This document shows positions 58,513 to 59,548 of a stretch of 59,548 nucleotides of DNA, in pieces. Below the pieces are notes generated by a model. It saw nothing but the letters and a program-made list of their open reading frames with translations. It did not search any database and was not told where the DNA came from. The stretch is from Deltaproteobacteria bacterium 13_1_40CM_4_68_19. Its GTDB lineage: Bacteria; Myxococcota; Myxococcia; Myxococcales; 40CM-4-68-19. The translations under genes were made by a program, and so were the position numbers. The DNA lies in NCBI GenBank assembly GCA_001918155.1, contig MNFJ01000164.1:1-59548 (forward strand). The letters are read 5' to 3'. Every line of letters starts with the position of its first letter. Positions within the stretch are counted from its first letter, which is position 1.

Positions 58513-59548
58513 ATGATCCGTCTCAATGACATCCTGGAAAAGGTCAGCGCGTACCATGGGGACGCGGACCTCGACCTCGTGAAGAAAGCGTACGTCTATT
58601 CCGCGAAGGTGCACCAGGGGCAGATCCGCAAATCAGGCGAGCCCTACCTCGTCCACCCGCTGGAAGTGGCCGGCCTCCTCGCGGACCTGAAGCTCGACGA
58701 AGCGAGCATCGTCGCCGGGCTCCTCCACGACACCATCGAGGACACGCTCGCCAAGCCCGAGGAGATCCGGGAGCTGTTCGGGCAGGAGGTGCTCGACCTC
58801 GTCGAGGGCGTCACCAAGCTCGGCACCTTCCAGTCGTCCGAGGCCGTCAGCGTCGAGGAGAAGCAGGCGGAGAACTTCCGCAAGATGCTGGTGGCGATGG
58901 CCAAGGACATCCGGGTCATCCTGGTCAAGCTGGCCGACCGCACGCACAACATGCGCACCTTGGAGCACATGCGGCCCGACGCGCAGCAACGCATTGCGCA
59001 GGAGACGCTGGACATCTACGCCCCGCTGGCGAACCGCCTGGGAATCCAGTGGATCAAGATCGAGCTCGAGGATCTCGCCTTCAAGTACCTGAAGCCGGGC
59101 GAATACGCCGACGTCGAGACGCAGCTCGCGCAGAGCCAGAAGGACCGGCAGAAGTTCATCGCCGACGTGGTCGACCTCCTGCAGACCAAGTTGAAGGAGG
59201 CCGGCCTCGAGGCCGAAGTGCACGGCCGGCCCAAGCACGTCTACAGCATCTGGAAGAAGATGCGGAAGAACGGGCTCTCATCGGTGACCCAGCTGCACGA
59301 CGTGGTCGCCTTCCGGCTCATCCTCAAGACGGTCCCCGCCTGCTACGAGGCGCTCGGGCTCATCCACTCCCTCTGGAAGCCGGTGCCGGGACGGTTCAAG
59401 GATTACATCGCCATCCCCAAGCCGAACATGTACCAGTCGCTGCACACCACGGTGATCGGCCCCACCGGCGAGCGCATCGAGATCCAGATGCGCACCGAGG
59501 AGATGCACCGGATCGCCGAGGAGGGCATCGCGGCGCACTGGGCGTACA
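58513..59548 (+). CDS. rel: Bifunctional (p)ppGpp synthetase/hydrolase (RelA/SpoT homolog), 5' part cut by the window edge
   Basis: It is not in the ORF track because it has no stop in the window. MIRLNDILEKV...HQGQIRKSGEPYLVHPLEVA..L....D...I.AGLLHDTIEDT is the HD hydrolase domain. The synthetase block GRPKHVYSIWKKM...DYIA.PK.N.YQSLHT follows. Confidence 0.9.
   Translation, partial: MIRLNDILEKVSAYHGDADLDLVKKAYVYSAKVHQGQIRKSGEPYLVHPLEVAGLLADLKLDEASIVAGLLHDTIEDTLAKPEEIRELFGQEVLDLVEGVTKLGTFQSSEAVSVEEKQAENFRKMLVAMAKDIRVILVKLADRTHNMRTLEHMRPDAQQRIAQETLDIYAPLANRLGIQWIKIELEDLAFKYLKPGEYADVETQLAQSQKDRQKFIADVVDLLQTKLKEAGLEAEVHGRPKHVYSIWKKMRKNGLSSVTQLHDVVAFRLILKTVPACYEALGLIHSLWKPVPGRFKDYIAIPKPNMYQSLHTTVIGPTGERIEIQMRTEEMHRIAEEGIAAHWAY

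Overview
This is a very GC-rich, gene-dense chromosomal window. It has about 55 protein-coding genes, mostly in tightly packed and often translationally coupled operons. All calls come from motif and family recognition by eye, third-codon-position GC and start/stop geometry; no searches were run.

Content from left to right:
- (1) An aa3-type heme-copper oxidase cluster (1658-7633). It has two subunit III-like genes and two paralogous diheme cytochromes c. A heme-motif beta-barrel-like gene lies upstream, and a membrane protein and a convergent cupredoxin lie downstream.
- (2) A minus-strand lhr-nei-small membrane protein repair operon.
- (3) An RpoH-like sigma factor, a TonB-C-like lipoprotein, an unknown helical protein and an S46 peptidase.
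- (4) thiC, translationally coupled to an ABC ATPase and followed by a large membrane protein.
- (5) A minus-strand operon of an HD-GYP response regulator, an IscA-like protein and a small membrane protein.
- (6) An aldehyde dehydrogenase and a HIBADH-like gene, then a 2-oxoacid dehydrogenase cluster with lipA and a lipB-Nudix fusion embedded.
- (7) A divergent ribA next to a queD-like/folE/SDR/FAD-oxidase operon.
- (8) An ECF sigma factor with a zinc anti-sigma factor, then rnr, malQ and treY.
- (9) A sigma-54-type activator next to a frameshifted small gene, then mutS2.
- (10) A second ECF sigma factor, a 45-codon membrane ORF, and a Ser/Thr kinase flanked by two paralogous zinc-ribbon double-FHA genes.
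- (11) The 5' part of rel/spoT.

I found no rRNA, tRNA, CRISPR array, transposase or integrase.

The most unusual signal that the gene track does not explain is a family of nested-hairpin intergenic repeats. Four copies are clear and one is degenerate. They show compensatory base changes, and they bracket two genes (22222-23820 and the kinase) on both sides.

Many long antisense or out-of-frame ORFs in the track are high-GC shadow ORFs and were rejected.
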